A stretch of 64,000 bases of DNA, taken from a virus. Taxonomy: Duplodnaviria; Caudoviricetes. Shown one piece after another: positions 50,001-59,749 of this stretch. The notes under the pieces were generated by a model. That model was given only the letters and a program-made list of their open reading frames with translations. It ran no database searches and was not told the origin of the DNA. The position numbers and the translations under genes are program-made. The DNA lies in IMG/VR virus record IMGVR_UViG_3300021958_000042, positions 20,668 to 84,667 of that record, one strand, 5' to 3'. Positions within the stretch are counted from its first letter, which is position 1. The number at the start of each line of letters is the position of its first letter.

Positions 50001-52912
50001 GAAATAGTTAAAGTTTGACCTATTTCATATCCAGAACCAGCAAAACTAGAAGAAACTACTGCAGAAAAGTTTCCAGAGTTTATCGATACATCGAATTTTG
50101 CCCCGCGACCTTTACCGTTCAATACACTTAAATTTAAATAACTGTCTGAGTTTGCAGCAGTTCCGTTTAACACAGACAACTTTCGGACTTGTCCAGAAAC
50201 AAATGATCCATCAACATTTCCGTCTACAGTTTCATCAATTCGTATCGACAAATCATTAGTGCCATCAACACCACCTAGTTCCGAACCTAAAACAGTTATA
50301 ATAGAACCAACCACATAATTGCTTCCTCTGTCTTTGCCAAACGGATCAACTGTTTCATATGAATTGCCAATCTTGTTTACAGAAAATCTCAAACCAGAAC
50401 CACCAGATACATCTACAGAATATGCTGGAGAAAAGTAAGAATTTACAGAATTTGGCATTGCCTTGGCTGGATCCATTAATTGGAATGTAGATATCTGTCC
50501 ACCTTGAGGGCGGCCGATTGTGTCGAAATCATTAATTCTACCACTATCGTCAACTTCTGTCACCTGTATCACCAAATCATGCTCTGGAGTGCTTCCGCCA
50601 ATTAAAGTGCCTGGGATTGAAAAGGTATCGCCCACTACATATCCTGTAGTTGGAGATGGGTTGTTATTCGAATCTGCGTCACTCAAAAGAACAGAAATAA
50701 GTTTTGGATATGTTGCCTGCGTTGTGTCTATATCCCAAACAGCACCAGTACCATTTTCAGATGTTGTAGTATATTGCGTATCATCAATATCAGTAACAAC
50801 AACTCCACCAGTTACTGCAGTAATTTTTACAAATACATCGTGAGTAATATCTTCGCCCAGTGGAGCAAAATCGCTACCAGATATTTTAACAACATCATTG
50901 ACTGAATATAATTGAGAATTGTCTGTGGATGAAAGGCTGATATTGCTGATAATATTATTTGTAATTACAACATCAAAATTCGCACCAAATCCTAATCCAT
51001 TATTTAATACTGCGTCTTGTCTCTGCAGGTCTACTGTTGCAGGGAATATAGAAGTGGTATCAGCTGTAGTATTTATTACTGACACTCCAGTAATCTCTCC
51101 ATCCGCACCCACTGATGTAATTGATAAATCTAAATCTTGTCTAACTCTTGTTTCTGTTAGATCGCCTTGATTTATATTGACAATATTCCCCAAAGGAAAT
51201 TCCACGGGCATCATTGAAGATTTGTGTCTATATGAAAGTGCATTTGCCTTTTTATCTAAAAAATAACCTTGATATTGATTATCATTTCTAAATAAGATTT
51301 GATCGGTTCCGAGAAATGCTTCATAATCATATAGAATGAAAACATCATCATATTTTGTGTCTATATTTTCTATAGAAACTATAGTGTTTGTTGAATTTGC
51401 TGGATATATATCTCCGCTCAAAGAAATATCAAAAACAGTCATAGGATATTCTAGAGACTCAGGGTTTTGATTAAATATAACTTCATAATTTGTTGTAGTT
51501 GAACTTATATCAGCAACTTCGCCAAGACCACCAGAACCCAATGTTCCAGTATCTGCAAATTCAATCTGTTCTCCAGTAATATATCCTTCACCAGCACCAA
51601 CAATTTCAATTTCTTCTATGTGGCCAGGCGTAGTGTGTTCTATAAGAGCAGAGAACCCTGTGCCAGAACCGGCAGACGAAATATATGGGGTCAGTCCACG
51701 ATTTCTTGGATAGTCTGTGCCTGGGCTTGTTATTTCAAATCCAACAACACATTCATATAATTCTTCTTCATAACTTGTATTATTTGTTTGAAAAATTTCA
51801 ATTTTTTCTTTACTAGAAAATTCTCCAATAATATTAGTTATAAAATATTCTCTAACTGAATTATTTCCCAATTTAAAATCTTTATAGTATTCTACAATAC
51901 CTTCCGCTTTGGAAGTTTTTCCAACGACTTTATATGGAGTTTCTATTTTTGGATCTGTAGGAACACTTCTAGTATATGGAATTGCTCTAAGACTTTTATT
52001 AGAATCCCAAACATTATTACTCAACTTAAATATATTTGTTTTGGGGTAGTAAATATCAATATCTTCATTAAATATAGCACGAAATAAAAACTTAAAAGAT
52101 GGTTCTGTACCTTTTGATTGGTAGAACTCTTTCATAAACTTTAAAAAATTCTTCTGATTTGTGTAGCTGGTTTTTTTAACTGAAGCATCACTAACAATTT
52201 TCTTTACAGCATCTTCTGTGTCTGCAGTAGCAGTTGTTGCCAACAAAGACTGGATATAAAATCTAACTTTTATTAAGTCGTTACTAGTTGGTTTTTGTGG
52301 ATCACCATTACTGTCTATGAATTTTATTTGATTATTATCTAAAATATAATCAACATTTTCTACTAACTCAACATAACTGCCCAATGCCCCACCAGACTGT
52401 AGTTCAGGATCGGTGAGATGTTCTACAATTGCATCTAAAGTAGTTCCTGTTCCTCTGGCAGACCCAGCTGCATTAGAAAAAACTCTAATATCAACAACAG
52501 AACTATCGTCATTTGGATTGCCAAGATAATATATAGGACTGAAATAATTTAATTTAAAAGTATGGTTATTTCCATCTGCAAAAAAGTGCTGATCAGATGT
52601 AGTTTCAGTTAAAGATTGAGTATCTGCTTCTACATTTTCATCTGAAAACTGTAAACCTTTTATTCTTGTAATATTTGGGAAACTATCAGCAAGTTCACTT
52701 TTAAACATTGAAACGAATAAATCAAGAGTTTGATCTAGGTCAGTATAATCTACGATTTTATTAGTAACTTGTGATACATTACTTTCTTTAGCCATCCACT
52801 CATAATAAAGTTCTAAAAACTTAACAAACTTACCATATTCTTCATCACTAGAAATATAGAAAGGAAGTTGTTCTCTGATGTAGGCTGATATGTTTTTAAT
52901 ATTTTCTTGCAT
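47054..52912 (-). CDS. gp7: Baseplate wedge initiator gp7-like, expanded with repeats and a LamG-like domain
   Basis: QLP.YI...Y.KFV.FLE.YYEW, KEFYQSKGTE.SFKFLFR.IF.E...IYYP, GFLSD...I.DS..WQDYSYVIK....I.EWR..VKK.LHPAGM..FGE. Confidence 0.85.
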   Translation of the reverse strand: MQENIKNISAYIREQLPFYISSDEEYGKFVKFLELYYEWMAKESNVSQVTNKIVDYTDLDQTLDLFVSMFKSELADSFPNITRIKGLQFSDENVEADTQSLTETTSDQHFFADGNNHTFKLNYFSPIYYLGNPNDDSSVVDIRVFSNAAGSARGTGTTLDAIVEHLTDPELQSGGALGSYVELVENVDYILDNNQIKFIDSNGDPQKPTSNDLIKVRFYIQSLLATTATADTEDAVKKIVSDASVKKTSYTNQKNFLKFMKEFYQSKGTEPSFKFLFRAIFNEDIDIYYPKTNIFKLSNNVWDSNKSLRAIPYTRSVPTDPKIETPYKVVGKTSKAEGIVEYYKDFKLGNNSVREYFITNIIGEFSSKEKIEIFQTNNTSYEEELYECVVGFEITSPGTDYPRNRGLTPYISSAGSGTGFSALIEHTTPGHIEEIEIVGAGEGYITGEQIEFADTGTLGSGGLGEVADISSTTTNYEVIFNQNPESLEYPMTVFDISLSGDIYPANSTNTIVSIENIDTKYDDVFILYDYEAFLGTDQILFRNDNQYQGYFLDKKANALSYRHKSSMMPVEFPLGNIVNINQGDLTETRVRQDLDLSITSVGADGEITGVSVINTTADTTSIFPATVDLQRQDAVLNNGLGFGANFDVVITNNIISNISLSSTDNSQLYSVNDVVKISGSDFAPLGEDITHDVFVKITAVTGGVVVTDIDDTQYTTTSENGTGAVWDIDTTQATYPKLISVLLSDADSNNNPSPTTGYVVGDTFSIPGTLIGGSTPEHDLVIQVTEVDDSGRINDFDTIGRPQGGQISTFQLMDPAKAMPNSVNSYFSPAYSVDVSGGSGLRFSVNKIGNSYETVDPFGKDRGSNYVVGSIITVLGSELGGVDGTNDLSIRIDETVDGNVDGSFVSGQVRKLSVLNGTAANSDSYLNLSVLNGKGRGAKFDVSINSGNFSAVVSSSFAGSGYEIGQTLTISGQRLGYQWIKDNFVAGLSRVGDNALFTDFGYTRTNDIDVLLDEKLTSGELTLDFWYFRKSVSVTDLSSPGGTLFSFNVEDTGEQKSILWQRPDGTLLLEDGNGNQLTSAQLEFGKWHHIAIHFSNVSTTLYVDGKKEDTISSVNMLQYSSGTNFYVGARQEVSADYVMFDYTLGFFGSMRFTKGQRYEEQPINGDGDILVEDRGTENPISGNGLNPIHVNPVPSYRTIRNSTQQQNTFTADQGQTIFALEYDASLQVNILVNDVSNTNFTATDGEQIIFNSGLSEGDIVKVSSYSNIEDDVEYIIYDNTNAAAGNKISLRHADATGIYSTYNLPDGHSLRVKYSARPPAGVSGTRLISKGANYIRQPYGYVRNKTLSYSSQGDGAFFKGMGSSIGGISKVKIFESDIQDEYDGFGVGYDTAPTIDLSSIGNGDAQVTVKTGPLCVREGAYINDQGFLSDNNRITDSYLWQDYSYVIKVGRYIDEWRKIVKKVLHPAGMMMFGEYSITTTAGLRRTTNSAWSQLIYEIIKNINLKVKNMDGLGRWTYGHSDVQDTNNLNSHGIRVTYDNRQPTIDSMIDGLYAGVGTGEISDDTIGAASVDTGSGRYALLDSSNADALDWNLVEKIALNYKDAFGTDNANYYESEIIGNNFTVYDTSDANITSDEWLNTRPWGKYEVTSVEFDDDVEDRYAILSVKYLRHYKTMPNLSPENRVEFRWDNIFRGNVDRQPNHWIGSTADGANPRDEKMIINISGRYNNNKEGDVPTLHTTYRSLERFKFYFTASFPWQNLSPYLFSPQAEMYTSPWLNRRKLIQGNTLTHVARRPTQYNMWYFLPVEVDGDDEWIANTDGTDHKWTNTRISEITEKSDRKYRAVLDSHVDLNPVYLVMSEEEPNSSTRKRMGPTNLSVERAKFNEKVQMLDYNVDRIDFDENELYLNTFGKYAVPGGLHDKSNFASESNIVTYNSSPSSVEELNIIISSTLVD

Positions 52913-52914
52913 TT

Positions 52915-54954
52915 TTAGTAACCACTACCACTACTGGAGCTTGATCCGCTCGATCCGGCAGATGTTTGAGAACTATCACCATATACTCTAGTTATTGAGC
53001 CACTGCTTCCACTGGATATAGAAGCAGAGTTTGTATTGTAAGAAGTAGAAACATTTCTAGAAACCACGACCCTCTGTGTTGAGATGTCATAGTTTTCATT
53101 GAATTCGTCCGTATCTTCAATAAGATTAACTTCCAATTCATCCATATCAATATAAATTATTTGATTTCTTACAGGAAAAATATCATTTGACGCTGGAGTA
53201 CATGCAATTCCTATCATATCACCACCCAAAACTCCTGTAACATTTAAGTCTGGAATATCAACCAATCCTGTTGTGTAATTTACAGTACCGATAGAATTTA
53301 ATGCATAAATTCTTGTTCCAAAATTATTTATGTTATACATTCTAATACTTCCAAGGCCGTTATCGTCTATATAAAATGGAAGTTCGTTTCCAGAAATATA
53401 AAATGCGTTTGAGTATATGGAATTTGGAGAAATATTATTACTAAAATTAAAAGAATATTTACTTGATGTATTTACTGTTGCGGATTGTTCATTTATCATT
53501 ATAATTGTAGTTAAGTTATTGGTAATACTCTCATCTGTTTGGTCAATCTTAGCAAGAAATTGAGAATACCTAAAATAACTGTTAAAATCATTCAAGAATT
53601 TACTATTATAATCTATGATAGAATTTTTAACAGCAGCTGTCAGATCTGCAGTTTCTAATAAGGTAGATTCGTTATCATATTTCACTTGAGTATTGATTTT
53701 TAATTTAATAAAGTCTGGATCAACAATATCTGGAGTAAGTCCTAAAACAGAATAATTTTTAACTAAAGAATTCTTTACAGAAACTTTTTCTTGCTCAGAC
53801 AGATATAATCCACTATTTGGTTTAATAGAAATAAATATTCTACCATATTGTGGAGGGTCATTATCTTCGCCGCCCCAAACATTCATTGAAGCTGTCTGTG
53901 GATAAATTTTTGGAATAATTGTCATGTAATCTCTAGAAGTTACTGCACGATTTTGTCCTTCAAAAGTTCTTGGAGCATAAAATTTAATCGATTCTATACT
54001 CTCTTTATCAGAACCGCCATAAGTTCTACCAATTATAGATAAATTATTTGGAAAAACAGTAGGGGTTGCTGCCCGTATATTATCAGGAACATCTTTTCCT
54101 AGCATTGTCATCTGGCCAGTAAGTCCATTTACTGCAGCGCCTGCAGAAGTAATATATCTAATAGTAAGTTCATTTCCAGATACTAGATTTTTTCCAAGAA
54201 CTCCATCTCCAAACAAAACTTCATAATTTCCATCAGCAGATTCTTGTAAAAAATATCTAGTGGAAACATCAGTCAATGACATCGTATCATCATTTAATGT
54301 ATACTCTTCTATGAAATCACTAAATTTATTTTCTTTAACAAAAACTTTCAATGTTGAAGTATCAACATTTGGATTTGATATCAAAAATCTTTGGTTTACA
54401 TCAGAAGTATCTACAATATAACTTTCAGTTACTAAACTACCTTGGATTACTTCAAGGTCAAATATTTCGTAAATGTGTCTAAACTGTCCATTTCCAATAT
54501 CAATTGGATCTTGTGAACGATTGACTACTCTCGAAACTGACGGTACAAATCTATAGTCAACTCCGTCAACTGATAACTTAAATACAAAATTACTATCAAT
54601 TTTAATATTTGCAAACTTAGTATTTGATTTATCTCCAATTCTATTCTCAATCATAAAAACTGACGATAATGTTGCCTTTGCAGATCTTGTAGAGGTTGGA
54701 GTATATCCGAGCAATTTTGCTTTGGATACCACATTGTCTCTAATTCTGGCAGTGTCTAAAAACATTTCATTTGCCATCATATTCAAATAGAATGAGTTAT
54801 AATATGTATTATATCCTAAGATATCTGTAAGAGTATCTAGTGCAGAACCTTCAAAGTTATAATCTCTAAAAGTTTCATCCGATTTCATATAATCTTTTAT
54901 AGAGGATTTTATAGCCTCAAAATCTAATTCAGATATATTAATGTTTTTTGCCAT
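52915..54954 (-). CDS. gp6: Baseplate wedge subunit gp6
   Basis: ELDF..IK.S...Y......F.DYNFEGS....L.DIL.YNTYYN...NM.ANE.FLD.A..R..VVS.AK.LGY.P, KESIESIKF.AP, QNRAVT..DY, VWGGEDN.PPQYG.IFISIKP. Confidence 0.95.
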   Translation of the reverse strand: MAKNINISELDFEAIKSSIKDYMKSDETFRDYNFEGSALDTLTDILGYNTYYNSFYLNMMANEMFLDTARIRDNVVSKAKLLGYTPTSTRSAKATLSSVFMIENRIGDKSNTKFANIKIDSNFVFKLSVDGVDYRFVPSVSRVVNRSQDPIDIGNGQFRHIYEIFDLEVIQGSLVTESYIVDTSDVNQRFLISNPNVDTSTLKVFVKENKFSDFIEEYTLNDDTMSLTDVSTRYFLQESADGNYEVLFGDGVLGKNLVSGNELTIRYITSAGAAVNGLTGQMTMLGKDVPDNIRAATPTVFPNNLSIIGRTYGGSDKESIESIKFYAPRTFEGQNRAVTSRDYMTIIPKIYPQTASMNVWGGEDNDPPQYGRIFISIKPNSGLYLSEQEKVSVKNSLVKNYSVLGLTPDIVDPDFIKLKINTQVKYDNESTLLETADLTAAVKNSIIDYNSKFLNDFNSYFRYSQFLAKIDQTDESITNNLTTIIMINEQSATVNTSSKYSFNFSNNISPNSIYSNAFYISGNELPFYIDDNGLGSIRMYNINNFGTRIYALNSIGTVNYTTGLVDIPDLNVTGVLGGDMIGIACTPASNDIFPVRNQIIYIDMDELEVNLIEDTDEFNENYDISTQRVVVSRNVSTSYNTNSASISSGSSGSITRVYGDSSQTSAGSSGSSSSSGSGY

Positions 54955-55413
54955 CTATCTTACTCTTTTTACTTTTAAAGTATAGTCAAATACTTCTGTT
55001 GCCGGTGGTACTTTATATTTAATTTCAATATTCAACTGATTATTATCAGTTGCCCTAGTCACAGAACCTTTTCCATATCTGTTTTTTCCATCACCAACAA
55101 ATTGAACATCTGTAACCACAACTCTAGGTTCATATTCTGCTATAGTCAATCTTATAGTTTCTTTTATATTTATTTCGTCTGGAATGGACATATATTCAAT
55201 ATCTGATATCAATTCAAAAAGATTTCCGTACATATTACCACCAAAATTCTGAAAGAAAGGTTTTTCGCCTTTATTGGTAAGTAAAATATTCACAAGACTC
55301 TGTTCAATTGCAGGGAATTTATTTTGCTCGGGAATATCCTTTTTAATCTTTATATCTCCAGAAGACATTCTGGTAAATTTTAAATCAAAATCTTTATTAG
55401 TTACTAGTGTCAT
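54955..55413 (-). CDS. gp25: Baseplate wedge subunit gp25
   Basis: DFDL.F...., AI.QSL.NILLT..GEKPF...FG......LFE, I..YEPRV. Confidence 0.92.
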   Translation of the reverse strand: MTLVTNKDFDLKFTRMSSGDIKIKKDIPEQNKFPAIEQSLVNILLTNKGEKPFFQNFGGNMYGNLFELISDIEYMSIPDEINIKETIRLTIAEYEPRVVVTDVQFVGDGKNRYGKGSVTRATDNNQLNIEIKYKVPPATEVFDYTLKVKRVR

Positions 55414-55421
55414 TTTTCTTC

Positions 55422-57698
55422 CTATGGATTTAAATCAATTTTCGGGGCTTTAATCGTAGTATTCCCACCAGATTCGGTATCTAGAGTTTTTCCTATTTTT
55501 GCGTCCACTGCACCAGTAACATTAATATTGACATCTTTATCTACAACAATATTTAGGTTTCCTTTTACATAAATATTATTATCGCCAAAAACAATTTCAT
55601 AATTGTCTTTTACTATCTTAGTGACCATACTACCATCTGGATGCATTTCTTGAAAAGTTCCAGTTTTATGCATTACATTAATTCTTTCAGCCCCCGGCGT
55701 ATCATCAAACTCTTGGACATGACCAGACTCTGTAAATAATACTTTATTGTGGGGATATTTCGCCGCGTATGGATTTTCTGGTTCTTCGAATAAGTCGGTT
55801 TTATCTCTAGTCTTTTCTTTTTGTTGTACTGAATATGGTTTATCTTCAGTGGCGATTCCAGACGCACCAGAACCCTTTGCGTTTGTTGTATAACCATCTG
55901 TAGTGGTCGCAGCTGCTGCCTCTGCAGCATCCTTCTGTGCATTCACAGAAGACTCTTGAACACTATCAGGTGCAATTTCCCACAACACCGTACCATCTGT
56001 CAAATTAGAAGTTCTGGGGCCGCCATCAGTTCCAGAAGTTCCTGCTTTTTTTGCAATATAAACTTTTTGTTCTATAAAAGTAGATTCTCCAGCGCCTTTA
56101 AGAAGTCTATTGGCGTTTACTTCATGTCCAGCCATTTGATTATTTACTTTATCTCTGACTGTTCCGGCAGCACCACCATTATTTGCATCAGTTCTACCAT
56201 AATACTTTTCACCAACGCCGCCAGCATTGATTGCAGAATAAACTTCCAATCTTCCCATGCCAGATCTAACACCAGCACCTTTGAGATATTTTACAACAGC
56301 ACCATTAGGCCCAAGTTGGGAATCTAATGCAGTTTGTTCTGTTGAAAAATTTACTCCATATTGTCTGGCTTGCGGTTCTCCAAATTGTATCAGTCCTCTA
56401 TGCTGCCCCCATTGAGTAGTTGGGCCTTTCTTGCGTGGATCAAAAGTACCACCTGTTTCATATGATATCACTGTTGCTAAATCTGTTGCAGATATACCCA
56501 GAGAGGCAGCAGAAGAAATAATACCAGTTTTCAATGTAAAGGGTGGGCCACCAACTGAGTTTTGGCCTTCTTGCAACTTTGGGCCCTTGACCAAGTCTCC
56601 AACTGCATATGATGTTTTTTCGTTCCAATCGCTAACATCTAATGTGGGTTTGGGTTGTGTTTTTGCACCAGTTCCCGATGGAGTTGAATATGTAGAACCA
56701 GTAATTGGTGCTGAGCTACCAACAATTGCACTTTGATTTCCACTTGCATCTGGAACAATACCATTGCGCTTTAGACGAACTGTGCCGCGCTCTCCACTTG
56801 CCATACTGAAATGCATCGTATCTTTTTTAGAGCTCCAGTCACCACCCCAACCCAGACCATATTTCTTAGCGATTGCAGATGTGTTTGATGGCATGTCAGT
56901 AATAAATCTATCACTATAAGGATTTTCCGCTGGATTAATATCTATCGACGCACCCGATGCATGATAACTCCACTTGCCGTTTCCAGCTGCAGATTTTCTA
57001 TAAACATAACCACCAATACTGTAAATAGTATATCCGTTAGGATGATTTGGAGATGGCGTCTTTTCTAATTCATTAATGAAACCTTGAAAATTGTCCTTGA
57101 ATACTGTGGCCACCCATGCACTCTTACCATTTTTAGTTGTAACTTTAGATATGCGTTTTCTGTTTTCTTCGTCTGAAGATGTTCCAGATTGATCTACATC
57201 TTCGCTGTAATGCTTACCATGCCCACCATCATCTGGCCCAGAAGAATCTACGGCGGTTCCAGAAGAACCAGTATCTGGAGGAACGCCCTGAGCAAGTCTG
57301 TTAACATCAGTCTCGTTAGTCGTAGATGCGCCTGGCACCCTCTCTTCCGTAGATGGATATGAACCATCATCGGCCCCTGTAGAGGTTTCGTTCGGCCGTC
57401 CATATACTGTTCCCCATATGATAGGGTCTTGGCCGGATTGTCCATCTCTAAAGAACCCCATAACCCATGCGCCTGGCAATGCACCAGTTGGAGATTGTCC
57501 TACACCAGCAATTGCGGCAGAGGTGATAGGCATTATCGGGGATGCCCAAGGAAGCTTTACTGTTGGTAATAATGACTTGTCTGCGTTATGAAATCCAAAG
57601 ATTCTAACTCTAACTCTACCTAATGCTTCGGGATCGTTTACATCTTCGACAATTCCTTGCCACCAAACCAATCCTTCTTTACCACTAAAAAAATCCAT
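55422..57698 (-). CDS. gp5: Baseplate central spike gp5 with M15 peptidase and lysozyme-like domains
   Basis: N-terminal OB fold (WWQGIVEDV.DP..LGRVRVRIFG.H...LPWA...G.WV.GFFRDG...Q.P.I.G), SYHASGASID...WGGDW...DTMHF (M15), SYETG...RGLIQF (lysozyme/SLT-like), and C-terminal YP.NKV..TESGHV.EFDDTPGAERI...H.TGTF.E beta-helix start. Confidence 0.92.
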   Translation of the reverse strand: MDFFSGKEGLVWWQGIVEDVNDPEALGRVRVRIFGFHNADKSLLPTVKLPWASPIMPITSAAIAGVGQSPTGALPGAWVMGFFRDGQSGQDPIIWGTVYGRPNETSTGADDGSYPSTEERVPGASTTNETDVNRLAQGVPPDTGSSGTAVDSSGPDDGGHGKHYSEDVDQSGTSSDEENRKRISKVTTKNGKSAWVATVFKDNFQGFINELEKTPSPNHPNGYTIYSIGGYVYRKSAAGNGKWSYHASGASIDINPAENPYSDRFITDMPSNTSAIAKKYGLGWGGDWSSKKDTMHFSMASGERGTVRLKRNGIVPDASGNQSAIVGSSAPITGSTYSTPSGTGAKTQPKPTLDVSDWNEKTSYAVGDLVKGPKLQEGQNSVGGPPFTLKTGIISSAASLGISATDLATVISYETGGTFDPRKKGPTTQWGQHRGLIQFGEPQARQYGVNFSTEQTALDSQLGPNGAVVKYLKGAGVRSGMGRLEVYSAINAGGVGEKYYGRTDANNGGAAGTVRDKVNNQMAGHEVNANRLLKGAGESTFIEQKVYIAKKAGTSGTDGGPRTSNLTDGTVLWEIAPDSVQESSVNAQKDAAEAAAATTTDGYTTNAKGSGASGIATEDKPYSVQQKEKTRDKTDLFEEPENPYAAKYPHNKVLFTESGHVQEFDDTPGAERINVMHKTGTFQEMHPDGSMVTKIVKDNYEIVFGDNNIYVKGNLNIVVDKDVNINVTGAVDAKIGKTLDTESGGNTTIKAPKIDLNP

Positions 57699-58999
57699 TA
57701 TCTACCGCCTCCACCATAGCCACCGGGCCCAACAAGTTGCGGAACAGGAGATGGCAAAGCTTCGTTGAATGAATCTTTTACTAATTCTAAATCCATGATA
57801 TATCTCCCACCCTGTATTCTATGTCTCAATGCAAATATTATATATTTTCCGCTATAATATTCGTCCTTTTTATCTGGATCGGTTGAACTAAACAAGGGAA
57901 CATTTAATTCAAGACAATCACCAGTAACTAAATCACTATCTCCATACACTGTAATTGTGCATTTAATATTTTCCATCAATTGTTTATAAAACATTCTACT
58001 TAAAAATATCTTCTCTTGGTTGTATAGCGGTTTACCAGCAGTCAATTCGACTTCTGGAAGGAGATAATAGGATTCTGGGCGATACTGTCTCCCCTGCCCG
58101 CTTACATCTTGGATAGGCCCATCATTCATATACTGATAGTCTGTAGAGTCATCCCAATATGAATGAGTAAAGGTTTTTGTATTTCTTGTAACCATATCTA
58201 CCGTAGTGAGGTTTCCGACATACATACCCTTTGCAATATTATCTAAAACAGAAAAGTTTGAATTGAAAGAATATGTTATTACTTTTTTGTTTTCCGAATT
58301 TGGATCTAAAAAAGCATCAGGAGCTCCAGATCCAGTATTTTTCAAATCTCCTAAAAAGAACTCATTTCTCTTTTCGCCTTGTGCCATAGATTCTATAGAT
58401 TTCAATTTATAACCTTTTGTTGTTTCAAAAAATACATAGGATGAGCTTTTATATGATTCTGAATATGCTCTGTCACACAGAAAATTTATTGCTCGCATAG
58501 GAGTCATATTAGGAATTATAATTCCAGTTTCTTGATCGTATCTATCATCACTTGGTTCAACATCAAATGTCTTAGATGAATTAATTCTTTCAAAACATTT
58601 TTGAGCTATTTCAGTAGCACTTCCCTCAAAGTGTTCAGATATTCTGGTTTCAAAATTAGAGATCATGTCTTCAGTAACCAATTCTAAATTATAACTTTGT
58701 GCTAAATTTTCATTAGAAACTGATGATATTTTATGTATTACCATATTAAGAGAAATTTGAGTTTCGCCACCGCGTGTTTTAAACTGGATATCGACCTTTT
58801 CCTGTCCTATAACTGGCAAATAGTTCATTAAACCAGTATCGTCTAATATAGTAATTCTTGCTGTAATACTAGAGGAAAATAAATCTTCATATATTTGAAT
58901 AGAAGAAGCAAGCGTTATCACACTTTGTTTAAATCCATTATGAGAAGTTATTTCTAATTTAGATAACTCATAATCTCCTAGTTTAGTAAAATCAGACAT
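57698..58999 (-). CDS. Baseplate hub protein (gp27-like)
   Basis: I.IYEDLFSS.IT..I.I.D....L...P.IGQE, IIPN..P..AI..L, Y.FFET..G..L.SIE, V.GD..L..GD..E...P...SGKY.I..LRH; located between gp53 and gp5. Confidence 0.75.
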   Translation of the reverse strand: MSDFTKLGDYELSKLEITSHNGFKQSVITLASSIQIYEDLFSSSITARITILDDTGLMNYLPVIGQEKVDIQFKTRGGETQISLNMVIHKISSVSNENLAQSYNLELVTEDMISNFETRISEHFEGSATEIAQKCFERINSSKTFDVEPSDDRYDQETGIIIPNMTPMRAINFLCDRAYSESYKSSSYVFFETTKGYKLKSIESMAQGEKRNEFFLGDLKNTGSGAPDAFLDPNSENKKVITYSFNSNFSVLDNIAKGMYVGNLTTVDMVTRNTKTFTHSYWDDSTDYQYMNDGPIQDVSGQGRQYRPESYYLLPEVELTAGKPLYNQEKIFLSRMFYKQLMENIKCTITVYGDSDLVTGDCLELNVPLFSSTDPDKKDEYYSGKYIIFALRHRIQGGRYIMDLELVKDSFNEALPSPVPQLVGPGGYGGGGR

Positions 59000-59748
59000 T
59001 ATTTAGAAGCCTCTTCCCAATCTTTCAAAAAATCATTAATCAAATCTGCGCGTAATAGTTTTATTCTTCTATTCTTTTCATTATTATCAAAAGTATTATC
59101 CCAAACTGAATACAATTTATATTGTTTCTTTTTTTGTATATCAAGATTTGCATAAGAACTATTTGAAATCTTATGAGTATCATCAACAGACATATACCAC
59201 ACTGGAAGTTTTTTTGAAATGTCCAATGCTATTATCTTATCATCTGATGTAAGTTTATCCCAAGAAGTTAAGAAATTATTCTGGTTCTCTTGTATTTCTC
59301 TACCATTCCAAATATAAAAATCTCCATCGACCTTAGCAAGTTGCCCAACAGTTCTAGCACTTCTTTGTTGTAGAGAATCCTTATCCAATTCATTATTTTC
59401 TTTTTGAGGAATTGCATTTTTTCTCTTCAAATTCAAATATGGAAGAATTTCTGGATTATAGGTTTTCTTTATTGAATTGACGAGCTCTGTTTCTGTTCTT
59501 GGCCACTCCGAATATCTATCCTTTATATCATTCACCAACAAAATAATCCAAGACAATTTAGAATCTTTGTAGTAATTGTATGCAATTTTTTCTGGAGTTT
59601 CGGTATCACTGACTGTATGGTCGAAAGTAGAAAGTGGATTGCTTTTATATTCTTGCATTACATAAGAATATTTAAAAATATTCTTTACCTCTCTAGATTG
59701 TCCGTTAAGGTTTATGTCATATTTTATATTCTTTAATCTATCAAACAT
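58999..59748 (-). CDS. gp53: Baseplate wedge subunit gp53
   Basis: ETPEKIAY.YY.DS.L.WIILLVN.I.D.Y.EWP LysM-like motif and C-terminal NE..RRIKLLR. Confidence 0.88.
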   Translation of the reverse strand: MFDRLKNIKYDINLNGQSREVKNIFKYSYVMQEYKSNPLSTFDHTVSDTETPEKIAYNYYKDSKLSWIILLVNDIKDRYSEWPRTETELVNSIKKTYNPEILPYLNLKRKNAIPQKENNELDKDSLQQRSARTVGQLAKVDGDFYIWNGREIQENQNNFLTSWDKLTSDDKIIALDISKKLPVWYMSVDDTHKISNSSYANLDIQKKKQYKLYSVWDNTFDNNEKNRRIKLLRADLINDFLKDWEEASK

Positions 59749-59749
59749 A

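Noticed and set aside
52915-53040. Ser/Gly low-complexity tail of gp6
   Set aside because: From recollection, similar tails are common on gp6 of marine T4-like phages; there is no additional structure.
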